A DNA stretch of 64,000 nt from Acidobacteriota bacterium (GCA_947482665.1 CANKJK010000006.1:144651-208650), one strand, 5' to 3'. Positions 36,339 to 45,862 are shown, counted from the stretch's first letter. The notes: generated from the sequence alone by a model not told the origin. Program-made: numbers and translations.

Positions 36339-36869
36339 ATGCGTTCGAGTGGCACGAAGTGGATGGTGCGCGCGGTGGCAGCCGTGGCGCTGATGGGATT
36401 GGGCGCCGGGCTGGAGTCGCTGCGCGCCCAGAAGACGCAGACCTTTGACGGCACGTTCCGCCACGTGGGCTTCGTGGTGAAGGACGTCGACGCCTCGGCG
36501 CGGCACTTCGCGGACGTCTTCGGCGCAACCTATGCGCCAATTCACGCCGTCGTGCCGCCGGGGCCAGTGCCCAAGGGCTACCCGGGCGATCCGAAGGCGG
36601 GCGTCAAGACCACCGAGATTCGGACCAACGGCGTCGAGATGCACCTGCTGGAACCGACAGGCGGCAAGAGTCCGTGGCGCGATGGGCTGGAGCGCCACGG
36701 CGACGGCTCCATCCAGCACATCTCATTCGGCGTGAAGAATCTGGCGGGAACGGTCGCGACGCTGGAGAAGCTCGGCGGCCACCTGACGACCGGCTCCGGA
36801 GACAGCTTCTTCGCCTACGTGGAATTTCCGAACCTGCCCTTCACCATCGAGCTCGAGAAGGTGCCGTAG
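36339..36869 (+). CDS. secreted VOC (glyoxalase/bleomycin-resistance/dioxygenase) family protein
   Basis: Signal peptide, then FRHVGFVVKDVDASARHF...MHLLEP...GSIQHISFGVKNL. Confidence 0.6.
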   Translation: MRSSGTKWMVRAVAAVALMGLGAGLESLRAQKTQTFDGTFRHVGFVVKDVDASARHFADVFGATYAPIHAVVPPGPVPKGYPGDPKAGVKTTEIRTNGVEMHLLEPTGGKSPWRDGLERHGDGSIQHISFGVKNLAGTVATLEKLGGHLTTGSGDSFFAYVEFPNLPFTIELEKVP

Positions 36870-38672
36870 CTACTTCCAGTACGTGATGTCGCGGCGCTCG
36901 AGCATCAGAACCTGGGCCCCCTTCATCGTGGTGCGATTCACCCAGTTGCCGCGGGCATCGAACCGATAGACCCACGTCGTCTCGCTCCCGTCCGGCTCGA
37001 CCCGCTTGATGATGTTGCCCAGGACGTCGAGCTCCACGACTGGTTCCAGCGTGCCGTCAACCACCAGGTGAGGCCATCGGGCCTCCTCGTAGTGCCAGCG
37101 CCGGATCACGGCCGGGGTGTCACCCGTCTGCGCGCGTTCCTCCACGAGACGGCCCCGCTGGTCGTAGGCCAGTTCGCGGATGCCCCCACCGTGCAGGTCG
37201 GTGGCCCTGGTCCGGCTGGCGTCGACAGGGACGAAGCGCCACGTGTAGAGCAGCGTGTCACCCTCAAAGCCCGGCTCGGTCTCGAGGCGTTTGTTGTCGT
37301 CGTAGAAGTACCGGACCGCCGTCCTGTCATCCGCGAAGGACTTGTCGACGAGCTGACCGATCTGGTCGAACCGCAACCGTGTCCACGCCTCGAGGAGCGC
37401 TTCACGGTCCGCGCGTCGCTCCGCTTCGGAGGGCCGCATCGTTCTGCCGTACTCCGCGACGAGACGGCCCCGGCGGGTCGTCAGACTCTCGGGCGAGTAC
37501 GTGGTGACGAGCTTGACCTGTCCCATCAATTCGTTTCGTTCACGATCATCGGCGGCACCCCTGGCCATTCTCGCCAGGGGCTGCACCGCTCCTCGGTTGG
37601 CGAGCAATGCGCGAACGAAGCGGACCGGAGCGGCGAAGTTGATCGCCTGCCCGGTGATCTGGATAGCCGTCACCACCCCGATGACCTCGCCCGATGGCGT
37701 CATGACGGGGCTCCCGCTGCTGCCGGGCGAAATTGGCGCACTGATCTGCAGCCGGTTCTGATTCGCGTCAGGCGCCGCGCTGACAATCCCCGTGGATAGG
37801 GTGCCACTCAGCCCGAGCGGTGCGCCATAGACCGAGACCGCGTCGCCGATCTGAGGCTCGGCCGTCGCCAGCGCCAGTTGTGCGGGCCCCGGCCGCACCG
37901 TCTGCAACGCGACCAGGTCATGCACCCGATCGACCGCGAGGACCCCGGCTATGGGAATGGTGACATTGCCCCCGACGGTCACGGTGGCCTGGATGCCGCC
38001 ATCAATCACATGGTGGTCGGTGATGAACACGTCCGGTTCGACAAAGAACCCGGACCCCTGCGCGAGATTCCCGCCCGCCTGGTCGAAGACACGCACCACC
38101 CCGCTGGCCGAGGACACCAGGCGGACCGTGTCCACGCGGGGGAATCGGAGGTACGCGCTCACCGCCCCCAGCACCACCACGACGGCCAGCACCGTGACCC
38201 AGAGACCTCGCCGGGCCAACACGCCGGCGACGCCCTCGCGCCACCGTCCCGCGGACGGCGATTCGTCCTCCTCCTCGAAGGGCACGCCACTCGAACGCGC
38301 GGACCACTCGCGCGCTTCGATGACCGCCTTCAGCACGGTGGCCTTGTCGAGCGGCTTGACGATGTACTCGATGATGCCGGGCTTGAAACTGGCGCTGGCG
38401 GGCACGTCGGCATCGGCGGTGGCCAGGATCATTGCCGCATGGGGGGACGCCAGTCGCACCTGGTCCGCCAGCCAGAGTCCGCTCCGGCCCGGCATGTGAA
38501 TGTCGATGATGACGACGGCTGGCCTGAACCCGTCCAGCACGGCCAGCGCCGACTCCGCATCGTGCGCCGTCTGGACCACATAGCCAGCCGGCACCAGCAT
38601 GCGCCTGAGGAGCTCGCGGATCCCCTCTTCGTCATCGACGACCAGTACGTGATTCGTGCTCAGTGCTGGCAT
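36870..38672 (-). CDS. response-regulator receiver - TM - trypsin-like (S1C/HtrA-type) serine protease - YD-repeat-like C-terminal domain
   Basis: REC domain (VLVVDDEEG..., phospho-acceptor in VVIIDIHMPG, VKPLD). One TM (LWVTVLAVVVVLGAVSAYL). Protease triad contexts ITDHHVI / VHDLVALQ / GSSGSPV. C-terminal YD-like hairpins (YFYDDNKRL, LAYDQRGRLVEE, VYRFDARGNWV). Confidence 0.75.
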   Translation of the reverse strand: MPALSTNHVLVVDDEEGIRELLRRMLVPAGYVVQTAHDAESALAVLDGFRPAVVIIDIHMPGRSGLWLADQVRLASPHAAMILATADADVPASASFKPGIIEYIVKPLDKATVLKAVIEAREWSARSSGVPFEEEDESPSAGRWREGVAGVLARRGLWVTVLAVVVVLGAVSAYLRFPRVDTVRLVSSASGVVRVFDQAGGNLAQGSGFFVEPDVFITDHHVIDGGIQATVTVGGNVTIPIAGVLAVDRVHDLVALQTVRPGPAQLALATAEPQIGDAVSVYGAPLGLSGTLSTGIVSAAPDANQNRLQISAPISPGSSGSPVMTPSGEVIGVVTAIQITGQAINFAAPVRFVRALLANRGAVQPLARMARGAADDRERNELMGQVKLVTTYSPESLTTRRGRLVAEYGRTMRPSEAERRADREALLEAWTRLRFDQIGQLVDKSFADDRTAVRYFYDDNKRLETEPGFEGDTLLYTWRFVPVDASRTRATDLHGGGIRELAYDQRGRLVEERAQTGDTPAVIRRWHYEEARWPHLVVDGTLEPVVELDVLGNIIKRVEPDGSETTWVYRFDARGNWVNRTTMKGAQVLMLERRDITYWK

Positions 38673-38675
38673 CCG

Positions 38676-38888
38676 TTACTCCCGCCCCGGCCTGCCCTGC
38701 TTCAATTCGGCCTGGAGCGCCGGCAGCATGGCCTGCATCTGCTGCAGGGCCTCGTGAATCCGCTGTGCATCCTCGCGCCTGACATCGCCTGGCTCAAGGT
38801 CCTCGATCAACAGCCGACAGAACCCCTCGGCAACCGCCACCTTGTTCTTGAACCTATGGATCAGGTCTGGCTCGAGCGTGTCCGCCAC
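38676..38888 (-). CDS. 70-aa stand-alone H-box (DHp-like) protein, putative histidine phosphotransfer or kinase-modulating protein
   Basis: GTG start with AAGGAG 6 nt upstream. DLIHRFKNKVAVAEGFCRLL resembles the HisKA_2/HWE H-box (E.HHRVKNNLQ). Two predicted helices and no ATPase domain. It ends 3 nt before the REC-protease start. Confidence 0.55.
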   Translation of the reverse strand: MADTLEPDLIHRFKNKVAVAEGFCRLLIEDLEPGDVRREDAQRIHEALQQMQAMLPALQAELKQGRPGRE

Positions 38889-39056
38889 CGGGAACTCCTT
38901 CTTCGAACGGCCTCACTCGACCGGTTCAGTTCATAATAGCTACCAACTCCGTCGGAGTGCCATGCCGATCTTCCTCTACTGGTTCTCCGTGCCGACCTGC
39001 TCCTCGCACGAAGGAGGACCGCACCGACTGGGGCCCACGCCTCCGAGGTTCCGCGC

Positions 39057-40577
39057 GTGACGGCCATCACTCTGCTACGCGATGCGACCCGCCTCCTGTT
39101 CGAGGAGCCGCTGGGGCCAGAGACGCTACAGCGGCTGGTCGACCACCTCGCGGCCGCCTGCCGGTTTCCCGCGCTCTGCTGTGCGCGTATCGCCATCGGG
39201 CCGATCACCGTCACCTCGGGTGCTGGTCCGCGCGCATCCGCCGTCATGGCCACTCAGTTCGCGGTGGCAGGCGCAACCGGCACCATTGAGGTCTGGTACA
39301 CCCAGGCCGATCTGCCAGTCGCGGACGAGGGCCCGTTTCTGACGGAGGAACGGCAGACGATTGAAGCGCTCGGGGAGTTGATCCGCCACGCATCCAGCAG
39401 CCGTGCCTCAATCGAGGACCGGCGCACGCTGGACGCGAGGTGGGACCAGGCTCAGAAGATGGAGACGCTCGGCACGCTCGCCGGCGGAATCGCCCACGAC
39501 TTCAACAACATCCTGGCGACGGTGATCGGCAATACCCGGCTCGCCCTCGAAGAGACCGGAGACACACCGGTCCGCGGGTATCTGCAGGAGATTGCGCGAG
39601 CCGCACAGCGCGCGGCGGATCTGGTCCAGCGGATCCTGGTGTTCAGCCGGGCCACCCACGGCACGCCGGTTGCCATCGGCATGGGCCAGGCCATCGAGGA
39701 CGCCCTTGGCCTGATCAAGGTGGGACTGACGCCCACCGTGGAGGTGACGACGGACATCGCCGCCGACCTCCCGCTGGCGCTGGTCGACCCGGCGCAGCTG
39801 CGCGAAGTCCTCATGAGCCTCTCCAGCAATGCGGCCGACGCCATGCGCGACACCGGGGGAGCGCTGCGGGTGACCGTTCAGGCTGTGACCGTCACCAGGA
39901 ACGACGCGCCCGCCCCGGAGCTCACGCCCGGCCGCTACCTGTGTCTCACCGTCGCCGATACCGGACGCGGCATCGCACCCGAGCACCTGGACCGCATCTT
40001 CGAGCCCTTCTTCTCGACGAAGGGTGCGCGGGGATCGGGACTTGGCCTGTCCACGGTGTACGGCATGGTGCACGACCATCACGGCGCGATTACGGTGGAG
40101 AGTCACGTCGGTGTGGGGACTGCCTTCCACATCTATCTGCCCACCGCGCCATCCGCGACGCCCTCGGCCTCGGCGACACCGACCGGCATCGTGCGCGGAC
40201 GCAATGAGCACATCCTCTACGTCGACGATGAGGAGCCGCTTGGCGTGCTGACCACGCGGGTGCTGACCCGCATGGGCTATCGGTGTACCAGCTTCAGCGA
40301 TCCACGCACGGCGTTGCGCGCCTTTACCGCGGACCCTATGGCGTTCGACGCCGTCGTGACGGATCTGGCGATGCCGGACCTTGACGGCGCCTCCCTGCTC
40401 AGGGCCATGCGCGACATCCGGCCCGACGTGCCGATGGCCGTGACCTCTGGCTTCGGAGACACCGCGGCCGAACAGGCCATGCACGGCCTGGTAGTGCCAC
40501 GCATTCCGAAACCGGCGTCGCCCGAGGCACTGAGCGCGGCGCTCTACGCGCTGCTCGCACCACGCCGCCAGGGGTAG
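39057..40577 (+). CDS. hybrid sensor histidine kinase (HisKA-HATPase_c-REC)
   Basis: H-box LAGGIAHDFNNILATV. N/G boxes (SNAADAM.., DTGRGI, GSGLGLS). C-terminal REC (ILYVDDEEP...VVTDLAMPDLDG). No HPt domain. Confidence 0.85.
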   Translation: MTAITLLRDATRLLFEEPLGPETLQRLVDHLAAACRFPALCCARIAIGPITVTSGAGPRASAVMATQFAVAGATGTIEVWYTQADLPVADEGPFLTEERQTIEALGELIRHASSSRASIEDRRTLDARWDQAQKMETLGTLAGGIAHDFNNILATVIGNTRLALEETGDTPVRGYLQEIARAAQRAADLVQRILVFSRATHGTPVAIGMGQAIEDALGLIKVGLTPTVEVTTDIAADLPLALVDPAQLREVLMSLSSNAADAMRDTGGALRVTVQAVTVTRNDAPAPELTPGRYLCLTVADTGRGIAPEHLDRIFEPFFSTKGARGSGLGLSTVYGMVHDHHGAITVESHVGVGTAFHIYLPTAPSATPSASATPTGIVRGRNEHILYVDDEEPLGVLTTRVLTRMGYRCTSFSDPRTALRAFTADPMAFDAVVTDLAMPDLDGASLLRAMRDIRPDVPMAVTSGFGDTAAEQAMHGLVVPRIPKPASPEALSAALYALLAPRRQG

Positions 40578-40581
40578 CCCC

Positions 40582-42879
40582 TTACGCCTGGTGCGCCGCG
40601 CCGGCCTCTCCTGCGGCCCCGGAGGACGAGTCAAGCGTCCGGCGGATCTGGGCCGTCAACGCATTCGGAACGAAGGGCTTGGCAATGAACGCGGCGCCCG
40701 ACAGCGCCTCTGGAGGCAGACGATCTCCCGTGTAGCCGGACATGTAGATCACTTTCAGCAAGGGCGTGCGGGCGGTGAGACGCGCCGCCAGTTCCACCCC
40801 GTTCATGCCAGGCAGGACGACATCGGTCAGCAGCAGATGGACCGCCCCCTGGCCACGCTCGAACATCTCCACGGCCTGCTCGCCATCCGATGCCGCCAGC
40901 ACGGTGTACCCAGCCTTCTTCAACATGCGCTCGGTGAGCGCCTGGAGCGCGACGTCGTCCTCCACGAGCAGGATGGTCTCGGTGCCGTGGCCGCTACGCA
41001 CCTGGTCTGGCGGAGCCGCTCCGGCGCTCCCCGCCTGTTGCGGCAGTTCGATCGTGAAGACGGCTCCAGCGCCCGGCTCGCTCGTCACAGAGACCGTGCC
41101 CCGGGACTGGCGCACGATTTCGGCCACGGTCGCCAGTCCCAGCCCCGTCCCCTTCCCATGTTCCTTGGTCGTAAAGAATGGCTCGAACAGATGCGGCAGG
41201 ACGTCGGGAGCGATGCCTGTTCCGGTATCCGAGACCGTCAGGCGGACCATCTGACGGTCGCCCCCCGATGCCGCAGGGTCCGACCACGCCGAGTTGACCA
41301 CCTGCGACGCGACCGTGAGCACACCGCCAGACGGCATGGCGTCGCGCGCATTGACCACGAGGTTCATCAATAACTGGTCAAAGTGCCCCGGATCAATCCG
41401 GACCGTGTCGGAGCCGCCACCGGATTCGACCACGAGATCGATGTCCTCGCCGATGAGACGCTGCAGCATCTTGGCCGACGCCCGGACGTGATCGCTGACG
41501 CTCAGGATGACTGGCACCGCTATCTGCTTCCGCGAGAAGGCCAGCAATTGCCGGGTGATGCCGGCTGCGCGATCGCCCGCGTCCTTGATCTGCTGCAGAT
41601 CCTCCCGTGCGGCATGGTCAGGTGGCAGGTCCTCGAGCGCCAGCGCGCTGGTACCGGCGATGATGGCCAGCAGGTTATTGAAGTCGTGCGCAACGCCCGC
41701 AACCAGACGACCGACCACCTCCATCTTCTGCGCCTGCAGGTACGCCGCGCTCCGCTGCTTCTCCTCGGTCAAATCACGCTTGATGGCGATGAAGTGCGTG
41801 ATGGCACCCTGGCCGTCACGGACGGGCGTGATGCTCTGCTGTTCTGGATAGTGGCTGCCGTCCTTCCGCCTGTTGGTCAGTTCGCCCGTCCACACAGCAC
41901 CGCCGGTAATCGTCGTCCACAGGTTCTGATAGAAGGCCTGGTCGTGCACACCAGACTTGACCAGTTCACGGGGATTGCGGCCGACGGCCTCGTACAACGT
42001 GTAGCCGGTCATTTCGGAGAATGCCGCGTTCACCCACACAATCGTGCCCGCGACATCCGTGATCGCGATGCCCTCGGCGGCCGCCTCCAGGGCGGCGCTC
42101 TGCAACTGAATCAGGGCCTCCCGCCGGTTGCGCTCGGAGATATCTCGGATGATGCCGGTGACATAGGTCCCCTCCTGCGCGGTCCACACGGACAGGGACA
42201 ACTCGATCTCGACTTCATGCCCGTCACGACAGAGGCCCACCAGCGCCAAGGGCTTCCCCTGATGTTTCAGGATTCCCTGGCTATGCATCTGCGCCAGGCC
42301 GGCTTGATGCGCCGCGCTGAATCGCTCTGGCATCAGTCTCGTGAGCGACTGACCAAGGATGTCGGCCTCGGCGTACCCGAAGATCCGCTCCGCGGCGGGG
42401 TTCCAGCCCACGAGGCGGCCTTCGCGGTCAACCGTCAGGATGGCGTCGTGGGCTGACTCGATGACCGACCGATACCGGGCCTCGCTGGCACGGAGGCGTT
42501 CGTCGGCCGCCGCCCGGTGCAGTGCGATCTCAATGGCGGAGCGGAGGGCACGCTCATCGAACGGCTTCGTGAGATAGCCGAGGGGTTCGGCCTGCTTGGC
42601 CCGCTCGACGATGTCATCCGTCGCGTAGGCCGTGACAAAGATGCTCGGGATCGTGAAGCGCTCCCGGATGATCGTCGCGGCCTCGATGCCGTCCATCGTG
42701 CCCGCGAGGTGGATGTCCATCAGCACGAGCGCGGGCTTGAACTGCCCGGCAAGCGTGATTGCCTCCTCGCCCGTGACGGCGACGCCGACGGGGCGATAGC
42801 CAAGATTCCGTAACTGCCACTCGAGATCAGTGGCCACGATGCCCTCGTCCTCTGCGACCAGAATGGAGATCGGATCCAT
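40582..42879 (-). CDS. hybrid sensor kinase REC-PAS-PAS-HisKA-HATPase_c-REC
   Basis: N-terminal REC (ILVAEDEGI..LVLMDIHLAG), two PAS modules, H-box VAGVAHDFNNLLAII, ATPase boxes, and a C-terminal REC (ILLVEDDVA..LLLTDVVLPGMNG). No HPt domain. Confidence 0.85.
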   Translation of the reverse strand: MDPISILVAEDEGIVATDLEWQLRNLGYRPVGVAVTGEEAITLAGQFKPALVLMDIHLAGTMDGIEAATIIRERFTIPSIFVTAYATDDIVERAKQAEPLGYLTKPFDERALRSAIEIALHRAAADERLRASEARYRSVIESAHDAILTVDREGRLVGWNPAAERIFGYAEADILGQSLTRLMPERFSAAHQAGLAQMHSQGILKHQGKPLALVGLCRDGHEVEIELSLSVWTAQEGTYVTGIIRDISERNRREALIQLQSAALEAAAEGIAITDVAGTIVWVNAAFSEMTGYTLYEAVGRNPRELVKSGVHDQAFYQNLWTTITGGAVWTGELTNRRKDGSHYPEQQSITPVRDGQGAITHFIAIKRDLTEEKQRSAAYLQAQKMEVVGRLVAGVAHDFNNLLAIIAGTSALALEDLPPDHAAREDLQQIKDAGDRAAGITRQLLAFSRKQIAVPVILSVSDHVRASAKMLQRLIGEDIDLVVESGGGSDTVRIDPGHFDQLLMNLVVNARDAMPSGGVLTVASQVVNSAWSDPAASGGDRQMVRLTVSDTGTGIAPDVLPHLFEPFFTTKEHGKGTGLGLATVAEIVRQSRGTVSVTSEPGAGAVFTIELPQQAGSAGAAPPDQVRSGHGTETILLVEDDVALQALTERMLKKAGYTVLAASDGEQAVEMFERGQGAVHLLLTDVVLPGMNGVELAARLTARTPLLKVIYMSGYTGDRLPPEALSGAAFIAKPFVPNALTAQIRRTLDSSSGAAGEAGAAHQA

Positions 42880-42884
42880 GTGCC

Positions 42885-45545
42885 CTAGCTCCTGACGGGC
42901 GCCGCGTCAGCGGCCACCGCGGGTTCAAACGACAGCGTGACGGAGGCGCCGGGCGCCTGTCCAAATGCGAGCGTGCCCCGCAACTGTCGCGCGAGGGATG
43001 CGACCAGCTTCAGGCCCAGGGTGTCGCCATGCAGCGGGTCACACCCTTGAGGAAACCCGACGCCCGTGTCCGCTACCGACAGATGCACGATCGTCCCTCC
43101 GGGGTCTGCCTTCAGGCTCACTGTGACCTGTCCCTGCCGGCCGTCAGGGAAGGCATGCTTGAGGGCGTTCGAGATCAACTCGTTGAGCAGCAATCCGCAC
43201 GGAACCGCCGTGTCCATATCGACAGACAGCGGGCACAGGTCGACGGCAACGGTCACGCCCGAGCGCGGCGCCACCGTACTACCCAACTGGCTCACCAGGC
43301 GTCCCAGGTATCCGCCAAGGTCGACCGTGGCGAACGTGCCCGTCCGATAGAGCATCTCGTGCAGCAGCGCCATCGACAGCAGGCGGGTCTGCATGTCGTC
43401 TGTCACCCGCGTCACCAGCGGACTCGCCGCCCGCGCACTCTCCAGCCGCAGCAGGCTGACGATGACCTGCAGGTTGTTCTTTACCCGGTGATGGACTTCC
43501 CCGAGCAGGGCATCCTTCTCGAGCAACGCGCGCTGGATGGCGGCCTCGGCCACACGCTGCTGCTCGGCCAGCACGAATCGGTCGAGGGCGAGGCCCAGAT
43601 TGGCGGCGAGCTCCGTGAGCAGCCGACGGTCATCAACGTCAAACGACGGGACCGCACTGGTATAGAACATCAGCGCACCAATCGCCCGCCCGCTCCGCCT
43701 GATGGGCAAGGCCACCGCCGCCGCCCACCCATATTTTCGGCCCCGCTCGTGCCACGGCCGCATGATGGCGTTGGTGGAGAAATCCTCGACCCAGACAGGT
43801 CGGCCTTCGCGGATGGCGGTGCCGGCCGGGCCCTGTCCGTGCGGATCGTCGACGCGCGCTGTAATGACAATGTCCTGAAGGTAGTCGGTCTCCCCTGCGG
43901 TGGCAGCGACCCGCACACGCCCAGTCTCGTCATCGGTCAGGCCAACCCAGGCCAGTCCCATGCCGCCGTAGGCGACGGCCGCCTTACACACTTGCGCGTA
44001 GAGCTCCTCTGGCCCGGAGCACCCGACCATGGCGTCGTTGCTGTGGCTGAGCGTGGCGTACAACTGGGCAAACCGGAGGCTCCGCAGCTCCGCGAGCTTC
44101 AAATCCGTGAGGTCGGTTGTCAGGCCAATGGCGCGGAGTGGATGCCCCTCAGGATCTCTCTCTGACAGGTGCATCCGCAGGTTGAGCCAGGTCCAGGGTT
44201 CGCTCCCGGCCCCCACTCGGAACAGGATGGGCTGTTCATCGCTGTCGCCCTTCCGCAGGGTGTCGAGCAGGCCCCTGACCACTGGCTGGTCAGCAGGATG
44301 CACGCGGTCCATCAGGGCCGCAAAGGGCTGGCGCTGGAACACGGGGTTCAAACCCAGCTGGGTGGCGAACTCAACACTCACGTCGGCATCGCCGGTCGCG
44401 ATGTCCAGTTCCCAGATCGCATGTCCGCCTCCACGCGTGACCATCTGGAGCTGCTCCAGCTGTTGTTGCACCACCACGGCGAGGCCCAGTTCCCGCTGCA
44501 GATATGCCGCGCGCTGACCACGCGCGACCACCCAGCGGATCAACAGGCCGACGAACAGAATCAGGACCACCGAAGAGGAAATCGCAATCCGCCACTGTGA
44601 AAGCGGCGCCCGGATCTCCGCGAGGTCCGACTTGGCCACGAGATACCACGGGCTCTCGGACACGGGGAGGAGCGAGCCGAGGACCCTCCCCCCCCGGTAG
44701 TCCCTTCCCTCCCTCGGACCGATCTCCCCCATCGCGGCCTGAACGGCGAGCACATCCTGACGAGCCATGGGTATCCGCATCCTCAACGCGGCTCCAGCAT
44801 CGAAGCGAGTCGGGTTGAGGAAGAGGACCTCAGCGCCCTCGCGCCTGACCAGGAGCGTTTCCGAACTTTCCGTCAACGTCGGCCAGGATTGGAGGTAATC
44901 GTTCAGGAAGAGCGTGGGATTGATGCTCATCACGACCGTGCCCAACACCACACCCGCGTCGTCGAGCAGCGGCGCCAGCACGGCCAGACGCACGGTCTGG
45001 TCGCGCTCATCTCGAAAGAAGTCCAGCATCCTGACTCGGCCAACTCTCTCGGTGTCCATCGACGCACGGACGGCGAGCGGCACGAGGACTCTCCCGGTAG
45101 GAACCGACACCCGCACCCGGCCGGCCTGGTCCACCAGATAGATCGAGTCGTATTGTCCGTAGGCCAGCCGGCTCCCCAGCCACCGCGCGACAGGGGCGGC
45201 CCCTGGATCGCTCGCGGCTGTTGCAGGGGTGTCTTGTAAGAGGCGCGCGGCCACGACGCTCCCTGGACTCGACTGCATCACCTGCCCATCGGCCAGACGT
45301 TCCCTCCGCCAACGGGCAAGCTCCGACGCCTTCAGAGCCGAGACGGTGGTCAGATCCCGTCGCGCCGCTGACTCTATCTGAGCGGCGACCCGGCGGTAGA
45401 ACGCATACGCGCCCGCCAGCACCGCAGCCACGATGAGCGCGGCAGCAATGGCCTGAGCGCGGCGCGCGGGCAGAGGCTTACGCAGGCCTCTACGCAGACC
45501 GGTTGTGTTCTGCCCCTGGGAGGAGTGATCGCGGTGCTGGGTCAT
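42885..45545 (-). CDS. sensor histidine kinase: Cache-like periplasmic domain-PAS-GAF-HisKA_2(HWE-type)-HATPase_c
   Basis: ATG 45545 with GGAGGG upstream. Two TMs flank a roughly 270-aa extracytoplasmic domain. H-box EVHHRVKNNLQVIVSLLRL. ATPase block LLNELISNALKHAF...VADTGVGFP. Confidence 0.8.
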   Translation of the reverse strand: MTQHRDHSSQGQNTTGLRRGLRKPLPARRAQAIAAALIVAAVLAGAYAFYRRVAAQIESAARRDLTTVSALKASELARWRRERLADGQVMQSSPGSVVAARLLQDTPATAASDPGAAPVARWLGSRLAYGQYDSIYLVDQAGRVRVSVPTGRVLVPLAVRASMDTERVGRVRMLDFFRDERDQTVRLAVLAPLLDDAGVVLGTVVMSINPTLFLNDYLQSWPTLTESSETLLVRREGAEVLFLNPTRFDAGAALRMRIPMARQDVLAVQAAMGEIGPREGRDYRGGRVLGSLLPVSESPWYLVAKSDLAEIRAPLSQWRIAISSSVVLILFVGLLIRWVVARGQRAAYLQRELGLAVVVQQQLEQLQMVTRGGGHAIWELDIATGDADVSVEFATQLGLNPVFQRQPFAALMDRVHPADQPVVRGLLDTLRKGDSDEQPILFRVGAGSEPWTWLNLRMHLSERDPEGHPLRAIGLTTDLTDLKLAELRSLRFAQLYATLSHSNDAMVGCSGPEELYAQVCKAAVAYGGMGLAWVGLTDDETGRVRVAATAGETDYLQDIVITARVDDPHGQGPAGTAIREGRPVWVEDFSTNAIMRPWHERGRKYGWAAAVALPIRRSGRAIGALMFYTSAVPSFDVDDRRLLTELAANLGLALDRFVLAEQQRVAEAAIQRALLEKDALLGEVHHRVKNNLQVIVSLLRLESARAASPLVTRVTDDMQTRLLSMALLHEMLYRTGTFATVDLGGYLGRLVSQLGSTVAPRSGVTVAVDLCPLSVDMDTAVPCGLLLNELISNALKHAFPDGRQGQVTVSLKADPGGTIVHLSVADTGVGFPQGCDPLHGDTLGLKLVASLARQLRGTLAFGQAPGASVTLSFEPAVAADAAPVRS

Positions 45546-45632
45546 TGGAGGACCCTCCGCCGCTAGTATGCGCCCCTCACAGCCAGCCGCAGAGGCTCTC
45601 TCGGATGGCCCCGTCGCCAACCGCCAGCGGAT

Positions 45633-45860
45633 TCAGATAATGAAGCAGCCGAGGTGCCCCTCGAAGCCCTGCTCGACACGCCCGTCCGGCCAGACCACAA
45701 TCGGCACCGCATCGCCGTAGGACCGCGCCTCGTCCAGCGTGGCCTGGCTCAGCTCTGCCCGGCGCTCCTCATAGGCCCGGCCCTCCGCGTCCCACGCCGC
45801 CAGCAGCTTCACGCAGGCGTCACACCCGCGAATCGTATAGACGACCGGCACCTCAGCCAT
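45633..45860 (-). CDS. glutaredoxin-like small protein (CxxC = CDAC)
   Basis: VVYTIRGCDACVKLL...VPIVVWPDGRV.GF fits the Grx/NrdH fold pattern. It starts 2 nt after the upstream stop. Confidence 0.6.
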   Translation of the reverse strand: MAEVPVVYTIRGCDACVKLLAAWDAEGRAYEERRAELSQATLDEARSYGDAVPIVVWPDGRVEQGFEGHLGCFII

Positions 45861-45862
45861 GG

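Noticed and set aside
34170-36719. An 849-aa ORF on the minus strand, together with similar long ORFs in the track: 366..1826(-), 13076..14290(+), 20119..21171(-), 27655..28839(-), 31414..32994(+), 39408..40634(-), 49382..50584(-) and 57252..58280(-).
   Set aside because: Each lies antisense or out of frame to an ORF with clear domain signatures. Their translations are Arg/Gly/Ala/Pro/His-rich low-complexity strings with no motifs. High-GC DNA suppresses stop codons in non-coding frames, so I treat these as shadow ORFs.
45633-45647. The C-terminal ..GCFII of the glutaredoxin-like protein resembles a CaaX prenylation box.
   Set aside because: Four residues are insufficient evidence. Nothing suggests a eukaryote-targeted effector or a bacterial prenylation pathway here, so this is most likely coincidence.
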